From: Breznakia sp. PF5-3
GTDB lineage: Bacteria; Bacillota_I; Bacilli_A; Erysipelotrichales; Erysipelotrichaceae
Assembly: GCF_029504745.1 (NCBI RefSeq)
Contig: NZ_JAQFIQ010000004.1
Coordinates: 30,001-62,000, forward strand
Reading direction: 5' to 3'
DNA: 32,000 nucleotides
Position numbers and translations under genes: made by a program. The first letter of the stretch is position 1; every line of letters starts with the position of its first letter. Below, in pieces: positions 11,501 to 18,880 of the stretch. The notes under the pieces are model-generated. The model saw only the letters and a program-made list of their open reading frames with translations. It had not been told where the DNA came from and made no database searches.

Positions 11501-12584
11501 GGCAAAGGGTGGAGATGATATTTCGAAAGAAGAAGCATCAAAAGCGATAACAGATTTATTAGCAGAAAAGAAAGTATTGGATGATGTAAAAGCAGAAACA
11601 AATAGTTTATTAGATGCTTTAGAAATTCATATTGAAATAGCAAATGAACAACTAGAAGAAGATTTAAGTAATGTTCGACCAGGAAAAATAAAAGATTTAC
11701 AAAAAGCGATCGAAGAAGGGCAAGCACTAGTAGATGCAAACAGCAAAGATAAAGCAGCGATTATTGCAGCAACAGACAAGATTGCGAATGCTATGAATGA
11801 ACTATGGGAAATCGTTGATAAGAGCGAATTAGCAGCACTTGTTGTAATTGGTGAAAAATATGTAGAAGCAGACTACAGTGCAGAGAGCTGGGCGAAACTA
11901 GAAACAGCATTGGCAGCAGCGAAAACGGTAGTAGCGAATGATGATGCAACAGAAGCACAAGTAGCAAAAGCATACAAAGACTTGTTTGATGCAATTAATG
12001 GATTGGAAAGAAAGATCAATACAGAAGCATTAGAAAGAGAAATCGCAGCCGTTGAAAAGATCTTAGCAAACAAAACGAAGTATGTAGCATCATCAATCAA
12101 AGGATTACCAACCGCATTAGAAAGTGCTAAGAATGTATTAGCAAATGGAAAGACGCAAGCAGAGATTGATGCAGCAACAAAAGCACTAACAAAAGAGAAG
12201 TTAAAAGCAAGATTGAAAGCAGATACAAGTGCGTTATCTAAGATGGTTACAAAAGCGAACAACTTAGAAGTAAAAGGATATACAGCAAATAGTGTAAATA
12301 CATTAAATGCAGCAATCAAGGAAGCACAAGCAGTCTTGAATAATGAAGAAGTAACACAAGATGAAGTGCAAGTAATGGAACGAAAACTTCAAGCAGCAAT
12401 GAGTGGTTTGAAGAAAGTGAGTAGTCCAAGAAAGGCAGTAACTAGCAACAATGGAAAAGCATCAACATCAGCAAAAGGCGTAGCATCAGGAGATTCAACG
12501 GATGTAAATGGCTTGATGGGATTGCTAGCATTGGCAGGATTAGCAGTGTATGGAACATATAGAAGGAGGTATACAAGTAGATAA
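8538..12584 (+). CDS. Secreted multimodular GH84 beta-N-acetylglucosaminidase (O-GlcNAcase/NagJ-like): GH84 + PKD + F5/8-type-C (CBM32) + about 6 FIVAR-like repeats + C-terminal anchor
   Basis: TTG start at 8538, with AAAGGAGAAG at 8518-8527. An in-frame ATG at 8565 (MKRYLIRFLVFGL) is an alternative start. Signal peptide ends ...RIGA/EE. GH84 blocks present: EGFY, KMNTYIFAPKDDPYHR, GVRSFAIFFDDI (Asp-Asp at 9471-9476), WWNYPCNDY. PKD-like module (NFELSK...VYTIKLKAMN). Discoidin module (KAIDGLTSTKW...IYEFAVYG). Helical FIVAR-type repeats. Hydrophobic tail plus RRRYTSR. Confidence 0.9.
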   Translation: MYQYVTNTKMKRYLIRFLVFGLSIVCIFQNMMVTRIGAEENNGAANNLVVQPKDITYGESVLHLSDEVYLKADTADEDAVRELKAFLEGNGISVIDTEKADATTIWLAESDDSVSGLDAVRNNMGLQDATDLKQEGYVLGVSNALTANGDIVIIGKDEDGTFYGVQTLIQLAQGKDISEVVISDEPTMASRGSIEGFYAHVNKGGAEWTWEQRKDQVRFYGKTKMNTYIFAPKDDPYHRAKWREDYPEADMKQIIETAAIAKQNKVDFVFALSPGNDIALTGANAEADYQTLVKKCNKMYDGGVRSFAIFFDDITLRTGAGTQQSEFLNRFNEEFVKAKGDVTPLVTVPTQYDTNAMRDGDNFKEYTIAFSENIDEDIVVLWTGPSTVPDGISVSDTELIKTLYGDSLGIWWNYPCNDYQLAKLGLGPIYGLDNELGDMLDYFVMNPMGHADLSKITLATGADYAWNTKTYDDKRSFNNAINYLYGDLAPYMYTFANHSTRLAGASFSSGREDAQEIRDLMDVVIAKVGSDIDLTNDADIIALRAEFDKMQTSADVLLEAFDADQLSHAKPYLEKLKALGKNGDLALDLLIAKVTLDDAKVSELTTTLNKNLTSLKSGKLLSEKVALEFITKSIAYKINPTANFELSKTLVVPGEEITLINTSSSSSFEYEWVMEGSSTKISHEKNPTISYRSEGVYTIKLKAMNKFGENEIVKEDIVVVTNEASEAFENIALNKTATASGYTATAESPAKAIDGLTSTKWCTTNWGAKWLQVNLGQQRTIAGFEISHALIGGEGAGLNTKAYRIGVSNDGKNFEEVVVVVNNEAGKTSHMIPVRNAQYVRLYIDTPTQGADSAARIYEFAVYGYENPITMPEKYDPPSRDELHAILSEAEDMILDGKEELKTTSTWAAFMDAYEAAENIADDATSEEIREATLALELAILELESRASTSSIEVLTSLVETCKAMEDDFSEADFADMKALIEEAETLLAKGGDDISKEEASKAITDLLAEKKVLDDVKAETNSLLDALEIHIEIANEQLEEDLSNVRPGKIKDLQKAIEEGQALVDANSKDKAAIIAATDKIANAMNELWEIVDKSELAALVVIGEKYVEADYSAESWAKLETALAAAKTVVANDDATEAQVAKAYKDLFDAINGLERKINTEALEREIAAVEKILANKTKYVASSIKGLPTALESAKNVLANGKTQAEIDAATKALTKEKLKARLKADTSALSKMVTKANNLEVKGYTANSVNTLNAAIKEAQAVLNNEEVTQDEVQVMERKLQAAMSGLKKVSSPRKAVTSNNGKASTSAKGVASGDSTDVNGLMGLLALAGLAVYGTYRRRYTSR
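11181..12584 (+). repeat. Copy 1 of the ~1.4-kb direct repeat encoding the shared FIVAR-stalk/anchor module
   Basis: Aligns colinearly with 15857-17269 at an offset of about 4676 nt. The core at about 11735-12345 is near-identical, with uninterrupted identical runs of roughly 60-70 nt. Confidence 0.85.
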
Positions 12585-12772
12585 GCATTTATTTTGGGGG
12601 AAGGCTTTGTTTAGAATTGTGTATATGATTTGAAGTAGTTTATAGTCGCTGAAGTACTAAGTAGCTTTAGTTTTGGAAATATTTGTAATTTCATTCAGCG
12701 ATTCATTTTAAAGAGGGTACGAAGTATATGAAGATATTTTGTTGAAAATGAAAACGAAAAGGAGAATTAAGC

Positions 12773-15700
12773 ATGATAGAAAAATTAAGAAAAAGTTTAA
12801 TCCTTTCAATTGTATTTGCATTCACACTAACGTTTGCTATTCCAGGATCTATGAGTGTAAATGCTGAAGGTGAAGGAGATCCTGCAACCGCAGCGATTTA
12901 TCCAAAACCACAAGCAATGCAAAATCTTTCAGAGGAAGGTATGAAATTTGAAGGTAGTGTGAATTTGGTAATGCATGGTGAGCATCATGATGCTACACTT
13001 ACAAAACTTATAGCATTACTTGATGCACATGCAATTGTATATACAGAAAGTGATGAGGTGAAAGCTGATCAGGCTAACATCTTGGTTTCAACGGATGCAG
13101 AGCACTGTGAAGAATGTAAAAAAGATTTGGATGCTGATGTAAGTGCATTAAGTGAAGAACAAGGATATATCTTAAAAGCAAGTAATGATACAAACACTAA
13201 AGGTGAAGTTGTAATCCTTGCAGCAGATAAAGATGGAGCGTTTAATGGAGTGGCAACTTTAACTCAAATGGTTGAACAAGCTACAAGTGATGGTAGATTT
13301 GTAGAAACACTTATTTCAGATTATCCTGATATTAAATTAAGAGGATATGTAGAAGGATTCTATGGATTCCCATGGACGTTTGAAGAACGTGCATCAATGC
13401 TAGAAGGTGTTGGTAAATTTAAGATGAATACTTATATTTATGCACCAAAAGATGATCCATATCATAAAGATAATTGGCGCGTATTATATCCAGAGGAAAA
13501 AGCAGCAGAATTAAAAGAATTAGCAAGAATTGCTAAGGAAAATAATGTAAGTTTCTGTTGGAGTGTTCATCCAGGAACAGGTTTCAATTATAATACAGAT
13601 GCTGACTATAATACTTTAATTGCCAAATTTGAACAATTGTATGATTTAGGTGTGCGTCAGTTTGGTATTTCTTATGATGATTTATCAGGTTCACCAAGTG
13701 GAACAAATCATGCAAATATTATTAATCGAGTAAATGATGAGTGGGTAAAAGCTAAAGGTGATGTAAAACCTATTATTACAGTGCCAACACGTTATTGTAA
13801 TGGATGGGGAGTAAGTGTGTCATCATATTTAACACCATTTATGAAAGCATTGGAAAATACAGATGTAGTAGTAATGTGGACTGGAAATAGTACAATGTCA
13901 TCTATTAAGAAAACGTATTTTGAGTGGCCAAAAACACAAACGAAAACAACGAAAGATGTTGCAGCTTGGTGGAATTATCCAGTAAATGATTACAAGGATA
14001 GTAATTTAAATATGGCACCACTTGAAACAGTAGATACAGACGTAGATAATTTATCAGGTTTCTTTATTAATCCAATGCCTCAAGCAGAAGCTAGTAAGGT
14101 AGCGATTTATAGTGGAGCTGATTATTCTTGGAATGTAAATGATTTTGACTACATGGGAAGTTGGAAACGTGCTGTTTCAGAATTAACTCCAGATGTAGCA
14201 GAATCATTTGAAAGATTTGCTGATAATACATCATATTTGAATGATGGGGTTGTCTTTGATGAATCAAGATACTTAATTGATAAAGTTGCAGCTTATAATA
14301 AAGCATTTGAAACAGGTGAAAATCTTGAAGCTATGGTAGCTGATATGAAAATAGAGTTCCAAACATTAGAGGCTGATGTTGCGAAGATTAAAGCAATGAG
14401 TAATCAATCAATGTTGAAAGAAATCACACCACATTTAACTGCTTATGATCTTGTTGTACAAGCAGGACTTCACAGTGTAAACGCACTTGAAGCAGCACAA
14501 CAAGGAAAGATTAAAGAGTGTTTAGATTCACTTGCATTATCAAAAGCAAAACTTGCTGAAGCGCAAAAAGTTACGATTACTAGTTTGGAAACAACAGGTG
14601 AAAAAGAAAATGTTGTAAACGTTTGTGAAAAACGAATCAAACCGCTTATTACAAATGCGAATAGTGCAGCAGATAAAGTTCTTATGAAATCTATATTTGT
14701 TGAAAAAGCTCCAGAAGCAATTGGTACAAGTGAATTAGTAGAAGTTGCAGAAGTTGTTGCAGCAGATGGTAAATATAGTTTGAATGGTGTAAATATTCTT
14801 AGTGATGGACAAGAAATTGGAGTTGCATTAGGAACACTCACAAATATTTATCAAGTAGAGATATTAGGAACAAATCTTGAAGCTTTAAAAGTAGAATATT
14901 CAATCAATGGATATGATTGGGTAGAAGCAGAAACAATAGTAGATAGTGGTAAAGCAATTAGCAAGGTTGCAGGTACAATCGCATATGTTCGTGCAACAAG
15001 TAAAGGTGAAGTAGGAATTGATGCATTCACATTAACAACATTAAAGAAAGTATCTTCTGCAACCGTTACTACGAATATGAGTACATATGGTGCAAATAAT
15101 ATTAAATATGCGATGGATGGATCTATGGATACAAAATTCTATTCAAGTTCAGGTTCATCAAATGGAAGTTATGTAAGATTACAACTAAGTGAACCAACAG
15201 AAATTTATGATGTTGCAATTCACTTTGCAGGAAACCCTAAAGGAATGTCAGAAGGGGTTGATGGCTTCCAAGAAACAGCATTAGAATATTCAGATAATGG
15301 AACGTCATGGACACGGGTTGGAACAGTGCCAGTAAATCAATATGTTGAATGGAAAAATGGTGCTAATGTTGTATGTACAGCCAACTTTAATGCAGGTGGT
15401 GTAAAAGCAAAATACATTCGTTTTGTTTCTACCAAAACACATGGTAATTGGGTGCAAGTGTATGAAGTTGACATTAATACAGGAGCATCAGGAGATCTTG
15501 ATTTAGTAAAAACAGATTTAACGACTGGAACAGCAAGTAATTTATATGATAAGAGTCTTACAACGTATTATGAACCAACTGTAAAAGCTGGGGATAGTGT
15601 TGAATATGCAATGACAACAGTTACGAATGTAAAAGATTTGATTATTCTTCAAGATGAAGAGAAAATTTCCAACGCTAAAGTAGAAGTGGAGATAATAGGT

Positions 15701-17269
15701 AAATCTTCAAGTGATACAACATGGCAAGAAGTAGGAACATTAGATGAAAGTTTAAAAACACTAAGTGTTAATGCAAATATTTTAAATGTTCGATTAACAT
15801 TTACAGATCAACAACCTAAAATTGCTGAAATAATTGTTACGGAAAGACGTGTAACACCATTGAGTCAAGTGTTAGAAGAAGCAGAGGCAATTATTGAATC
15901 AGATCGTCAAGATACAACAACGACTTCTTCATGGAAAACATTTATAGATGCATATGAAGTAGCTAAGAATTTACCTTCAGATGCTTCAGAATACGATGTT
16001 AAGGAAGCTACTCTTTTATTAGAATTGGCAATGTTGAGGTTAGAAACACGTGCAAGTGGATATACGGTTGATGCATTAGCAACATTAGTAGAAACTTGTA
16101 AAGCAATGGAAGATGATTTCACAGAAGCAGATTTTGCCGATATGAAAGTACTTATTGAAGAAACTGAAACACTGTTAGCAAGAGGTAAAGAAGATATTTC
16201 AGTGAAACAAGTATCAAAAGCAATGAGTGACTTATTTGCAGAAAAGAAAGTATTAGATGACGCTAAGGCAAAAACAAATGCATTACTTAAAGATTTAGAA
16301 TTCCATGTAGAAATGGCGAAAGATACATTAGCTGAAGATTTGAGTAATGTTCGTCCAGGTAAAGTGAAAGAACTAGAAAAAGCAGTTGCAGATGGACAAG
16401 CGTTATTAGATGCAAATAGCAAAGATAAAGCAGCAATTATTGCAGCAACTGATAAGATTGCGGATGCAATGAGCAAACTATGGGAAATTCTAGATAAGAG
16501 TGAATTAGCAGCACTTGTTGCAATTGCTGAAAAATATGAAGAAGCAGATTACAGCGCAGAGAGCTGGGAAAAACTAGAAACAGCATTAGCAGCAGCGAAA
16601 ACGGTAGTAGCTGATGATGATGCAACAGAAACACAAGTGGCAAAAGCATACAAAGACTTGTTTGATGCAATCAATGGATTAGAAAGAAAGATCAATACGG
16701 AAGCATTAGAAAGAGAAATTGCAGCTGTTGAAAAGATCTTAGCAAACAAAACGAAGTATGTAGCATCATCAATCAAAGGATTACCAACAGCATTAGAAAG
16801 TGCTAAGAATGTATTAGCAAATGGTAAAACGCAAGCCGAGATTGATGCAGCAACAAAAGCATTAACAAAAGAGAAGTTAAAAGCAAGATTGAAAGCAGAT
16901 ACAAGTGCGTTATCTAAGATGGTTACAAAAGCAAACAACTTAGAAGTAAAAGGATATACAGCAGACAGTGTAAAAGCGTTGAATGCAGCAATCAAAGAAG
17001 CACAAGCAGTCATTAAGAATGAAGAAGTAAGTGAAGCGGAAGTGAAAGCAGCAGAAGCGAAGTTACAAAAAGCGATGAAAAACTTAAAGAAAGTAAATAG
17101 TCCAAGCAAAGCACCAAGTAGTAAAGATGGAGGTAGAAAAGCATCGACATCAGCGAAAGGAGTAGCATCAGGAGATACAACAGATATAAATAGTCTAGTT
17201 GGTTTGATGGCATTGGCAGGACTTGCGATGTATGGAACAAGCAGAAGAAAAAAATACATTCGAAAATAG
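12773..17269 (+). CDS. Secreted multimodular GH84 beta-N-acetylglucosaminidase paralog: GH84 + three discoidin/CBM32-like modules + about 6 FIVAR-like repeats + C-terminal anchor
   Basis: RBS AAAGGAGA lies 7 nt upstream of the ATG. Signal peptide ends ...MSVNA/EG. GH84 blocks present: EGFYGFPWTFEER, KMNTYIYAPKDDPYHK, GVRQFGISYDDL (Asp-Asp at 13676-13681), WWNYPVNDY. F5/8-type-C-like modules (e.g. YAMDGSMDTKF...VQVYEVDIN). C-terminal stalk homologous to that of the upstream gene. Confidence 0.9.
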   Translation: MIEKLRKSLILSIVFAFTLTFAIPGSMSVNAEGEGDPATAAIYPKPQAMQNLSEEGMKFEGSVNLVMHGEHHDATLTKLIALLDAHAIVYTESDEVKADQANILVSTDAEHCEECKKDLDADVSALSEEQGYILKASNDTNTKGEVVILAADKDGAFNGVATLTQMVEQATSDGRFVETLISDYPDIKLRGYVEGFYGFPWTFEERASMLEGVGKFKMNTYIYAPKDDPYHKDNWRVLYPEEKAAELKELARIAKENNVSFCWSVHPGTGFNYNTDADYNTLIAKFEQLYDLGVRQFGISYDDLSGSPSGTNHANIINRVNDEWVKAKGDVKPIITVPTRYCNGWGVSVSSYLTPFMKALENTDVVVMWTGNSTMSSIKKTYFEWPKTQTKTTKDVAAWWNYPVNDYKDSNLNMAPLETVDTDVDNLSGFFINPMPQAEASKVAIYSGADYSWNVNDFDYMGSWKRAVSELTPDVAESFERFADNTSYLNDGVVFDESRYLIDKVAAYNKAFETGENLEAMVADMKIEFQTLEADVAKIKAMSNQSMLKEITPHLTAYDLVVQAGLHSVNALEAAQQGKIKECLDSLALSKAKLAEAQKVTITSLETTGEKENVVNVCEKRIKPLITNANSAADKVLMKSIFVEKAPEAIGTSELVEVAEVVAADGKYSLNGVNILSDGQEIGVALGTLTNIYQVEILGTNLEALKVEYSINGYDWVEAETIVDSGKAISKVAGTIAYVRATSKGEVGIDAFTLTTLKKVSSATVTTNMSTYGANNIKYAMDGSMDTKFYSSSGSSNGSYVRLQLSEPTEIYDVAIHFAGNPKGMSEGVDGFQETALEYSDNGTSWTRVGTVPVNQYVEWKNGANVVCTANFNAGGVKAKYIRFVSTKTHGNWVQVYEVDINTGASGDLDLVKTDLTTGTASNLYDKSLTTYYEPTVKAGDSVEYAMTTVTNVKDLIILQDEEKISNAKVEVEIIGKSSSDTTWQEVGTLDESLKTLSVNANILNVRLTFTDQQPKIAEIIVTERRVTPLSQVLEEAEAIIESDRQDTTTTSSWKTFIDAYEVAKNLPSDASEYDVKEATLLLELAMLRLETRASGYTVDALATLVETCKAMEDDFTEADFADMKVLIEETETLLARGKEDISVKQVSKAMSDLFAEKKVLDDAKAKTNALLKDLEFHVEMAKDTLAEDLSNVRPGKVKELEKAVADGQALLDANSKDKAAIIAATDKIADAMSKLWEILDKSELAALVAIAEKYEEADYSAESWEKLETALAAAKTVVADDDATETQVAKAYKDLFDAINGLERKINTEALEREIAAVEKILANKTKYVASSIKGLPTALESAKNVLANGKTQAEIDAATKALTKEKLKARLKADTSALSKMVTKANNLEVKGYTADSVKALNAAIKEAQAVIKNEEVSEAEVKAAEAKLQKAMKNLKKVNSPSKAPSSKDGGRKASTSAKGVASGDTTDINSLVGLMALAGLAMYGTSRRKKYIRK
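15857..17269 (+). repeat. Copy 2 of the ~1.4-kb direct repeat encoding the shared FIVAR-stalk/anchor module
   Basis: See copy 1. The core at about 16410-17020 is near-identical to about 11735-12345. Confidence 0.85.
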
Positions 17270-17274
17270 ATAAG

Positions 17275-17312
17275 AAAAAGCTAACTTTACTAAAGTAGAG
17301 TTAGCTTTTTTT
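17275..17312. terminator. Bidirectional intrinsic terminator between the second GH84 gene and the convergent hydrolase gene
   Basis: AGCTAACTTTAC (17279-17290) pairs with GTAGAGTTAGCT (17295-17306). The 12-bp stem has one G-U pair and loop TAAA. It is flanked by an A-run and a T-run. Confidence 0.8.
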
Positions 17313-17332
17313 ATGTAATCTTTTATTTGTAA

Positions 17333-18085
17333 TTAATCACAAATAAAATGATTGATTAATTCAGCCATTTTTTCAGCGTTTGTTAAAATGGATGGATGTG
17401 CACCAGTTTCGAAAATATGAATTGAACAGTTGTTCATTTCTGAAGCAATAGTATTATATTCATCATGAATAGAGTTCATTGTCAAATTATCTTTTTCTGT
17501 CCCTGTGAGAAGTACAGGGGTTGTTAATTCTTTAAATGGTTTAGGAAATAATTCTTTTTTCTGTTTAGCTAAGGCTATTAAAGAAGTGGTATCTTTTTGT
17601 ACGATGTCTTTCCAATCTTCGCCTTGCCACCATTTATAAAGTTGAGATATGTTTGGATCAATTATTGATTTTGAGCGTTCAATTGAAAGTCCTTTTTCAA
17701 ATCCTTCACCAAGTGTTCGTCCATCAAAACTGTCGGCTACAACTTTGTTGACTAAATCAGGTCTTTCAAACGCAACATATAAACAAACATAAGCTCCACC
17801 ACTAGTGCCTACTAAGTTTATCTTTTTATAATTTAGATGTTCTATGAGGGCAATTGTTTGCTTTGCTTCATCTTTCCACAATTCCACTGGGAATGCATCT
17901 AAGCGATCTGATTTTCCATGTCCTAAAAAATCAATAAGAATAAGTTTAAAAGAACTATCATATAATGGAATAAGATGTTCAAACATTTTTCCTGAAGCGG
18001 TATTTCCGTGTAAAAAGATAACAGGGATACCATCACCATGTTCTTCATAGTAAATTTTTTTATTATCATAATTAAAATATGCCAT
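17333..18085 (-). CDS. Alpha/beta-fold hydrolase (serine hydrolase, substrate unknown)
   Basis: 250 aa. Oxyanion HG (FLHGNTASG), nucleophile elbow GTSGG, C-terminal GAHP histidine. RBS AGGAGG lies 7 nt upstream. Confidence 0.8.
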   Translation of the reverse strand: MAYFNYDNKKIYYEEHGDGIPVIFLHGNTASGKMFEHLIPLYDSSFKLILIDFLGHGKSDRLDAFPVELWKDEAKQTIALIEHLNYKKINLVGTSGGAYVCLYVAFERPDLVNKVVADSFDGRTLGEGFEKGLSIERSKSIIDPNISQLYKWWQGEDWKDIVQKDTTSLIALAKQKKELFPKPFKELTTPVLLTGTEKDNLTMNSIHDEYNTIASEMNNCSIHIFETGAHPSILTNAEKMAELINHFICD

Positions 18086-18145
18086 AATTTACCTCCTATT
18101 TTTTAATTATTTAAAAATTAGTAAGGTATATTGTGTGTAATTACC

Positions 18146-18178
18146 TTACCGAAAGTAAGGTTGTGTCCAGATTCCCAT
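18146..18178 (-). CDS. Candidate 10-codon leader peptide MGIWTQPYFR
   Basis: The ATG at 18178 is preceded by GGAGG with a 9-nt spacer. The TAA stop at 18148-18146 lies inside the second arm of an alternative-hairpin set. Too short to support by composition. Confidence 0.3.
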   Translation of the reverse strand: MGIWTQPYFR

Positions 18179-18205
18179 AAGTGAAAACCTCCTGTTTATA
18201 TTTTA

Positions 18206-18214
18206 ATTATAACA
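18206..18214 (-). promoter_or_regulatory. Extended -10 element (TGtTATAAT) for the leader/hydrolase transcript
   Basis: The minus strand reads TGTTATAAT about 10 nt upstream of the leader RBS. The -35 is poor (TTTGTT-like). Confidence 0.4.
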
Positions 18215-18240
18215 CAAAACTAATTAAACAAAGATTTAGC

Positions 18241-18279
18241 AAATAAAAATGAAGGTAGAATGTTTATTCGCCTTCATTT
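18241..18279 (-). terminator. Intrinsic terminator of the C_GCAxxG_C_C gene
   Basis: AAATGAAGG (18247-18255) pairs with CCTTCATTT (18271-18279), with a 15-nt loop. The minus strand continues TTTTTATTT. Confidence 0.6.
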
Positions 18280-18283
18280 TTAT

Positions 18284-18697
18284 TTATGCGTTTATTTCTT
18301 TTTCGAAATCATTAATTATTTTTTCTAACACATCAGCACTTAAACCCACTGTATTTTGACACTTTACTTCTTTGTTGTAATGAATAGGTTTTACTTTTGA
18401 ACAAAGTCTTGATCCGAGCTCTTTTTGAAATGCTAAAACAAGCTTTTGTGTGATGGAACGAATTTGTTCTTGGTTATCGTGTGCTTTTCTTTCTACATAT
18501 TTACATGAGACAACACAGGCAGATCCTGAGAGTGCGCCACAGACATCACCGATTTGAAATCCTCCTCCAAATGCAGCTGTCATTCGCATATCATGTTCAT
18601 GTAATCCAAGATTATAATATTCATTACCTGCGCGAATCATGGCTTCTGCACAATTATAGCCTTGTAGATAATATTTTTCAGCAACTTCTCTTAACAT
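18284..18697 (-). CDS. C_GCAxxG_C_C family protein
   Basis: Family motifs GYNCAEAM and CGALSGSAC are present. I place the start at the MLREVAEKYY Met (18697), which has AAGGAG 8 nt upstream. The 16-codon extension in the track has no RBS. Confidence 0.75.
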   Translation of the reverse strand: MLREVAEKYYLQGYNCAEAMIRAGNEYYNLGLHEHDMRMTAAFGGGFQIGDVCGALSGSACVVSCKYVERKAHDNQEQIRSITQKLVLAFQKELGSRLCSKVKPIHYNKEVKCQNTVGLSADVLEKIINDFEKEINA

Positions 18698-18880
18698 AGT
18701 ATAGTCTCCTTTATCTATCACTCGAATTCTATCACAATCAATCAAAACCGTCCATATGTTTTACGATAATGTAGTTTTGTTCTATCAATAATTACTAACT
18801 TTTCTTCTTAATAATTCGCAGATGAATTCAGCGAAATAGAGTAAATTGTGTTAATATAAATAGAGTGAGGTGGCGGATAT

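Noticed and set aside
11873-12319. Long antisense ORFs inside the GH84 genes: 11873-12319 (148 aa), 16549-17259 (236 aa), 15907-16476 (189 aa), 14470-14841 (123 aa) and several 60-100-aa ones.
   Set aside because: They lie entirely antisense to frames with strong GH84/FIVAR signatures. They translate to low-complexity Ala/Ser/Phe/Leu strings mirroring the GCA/GAA/AAA-rich sense codons, and they have no RBS. They are shadow ORFs.
12646-12701. Inverted repeat TCGCTGAA ... TTCAGCGA in the spacer between the two GH84 genes, considered as a terminator.
   Set aside because: It has an 8-bp stem with a 40-nt loop and no proper U-tract, so it is unlikely to terminate efficiently. The TTCAGCGA recurrence at about 18826 looks coincidental.
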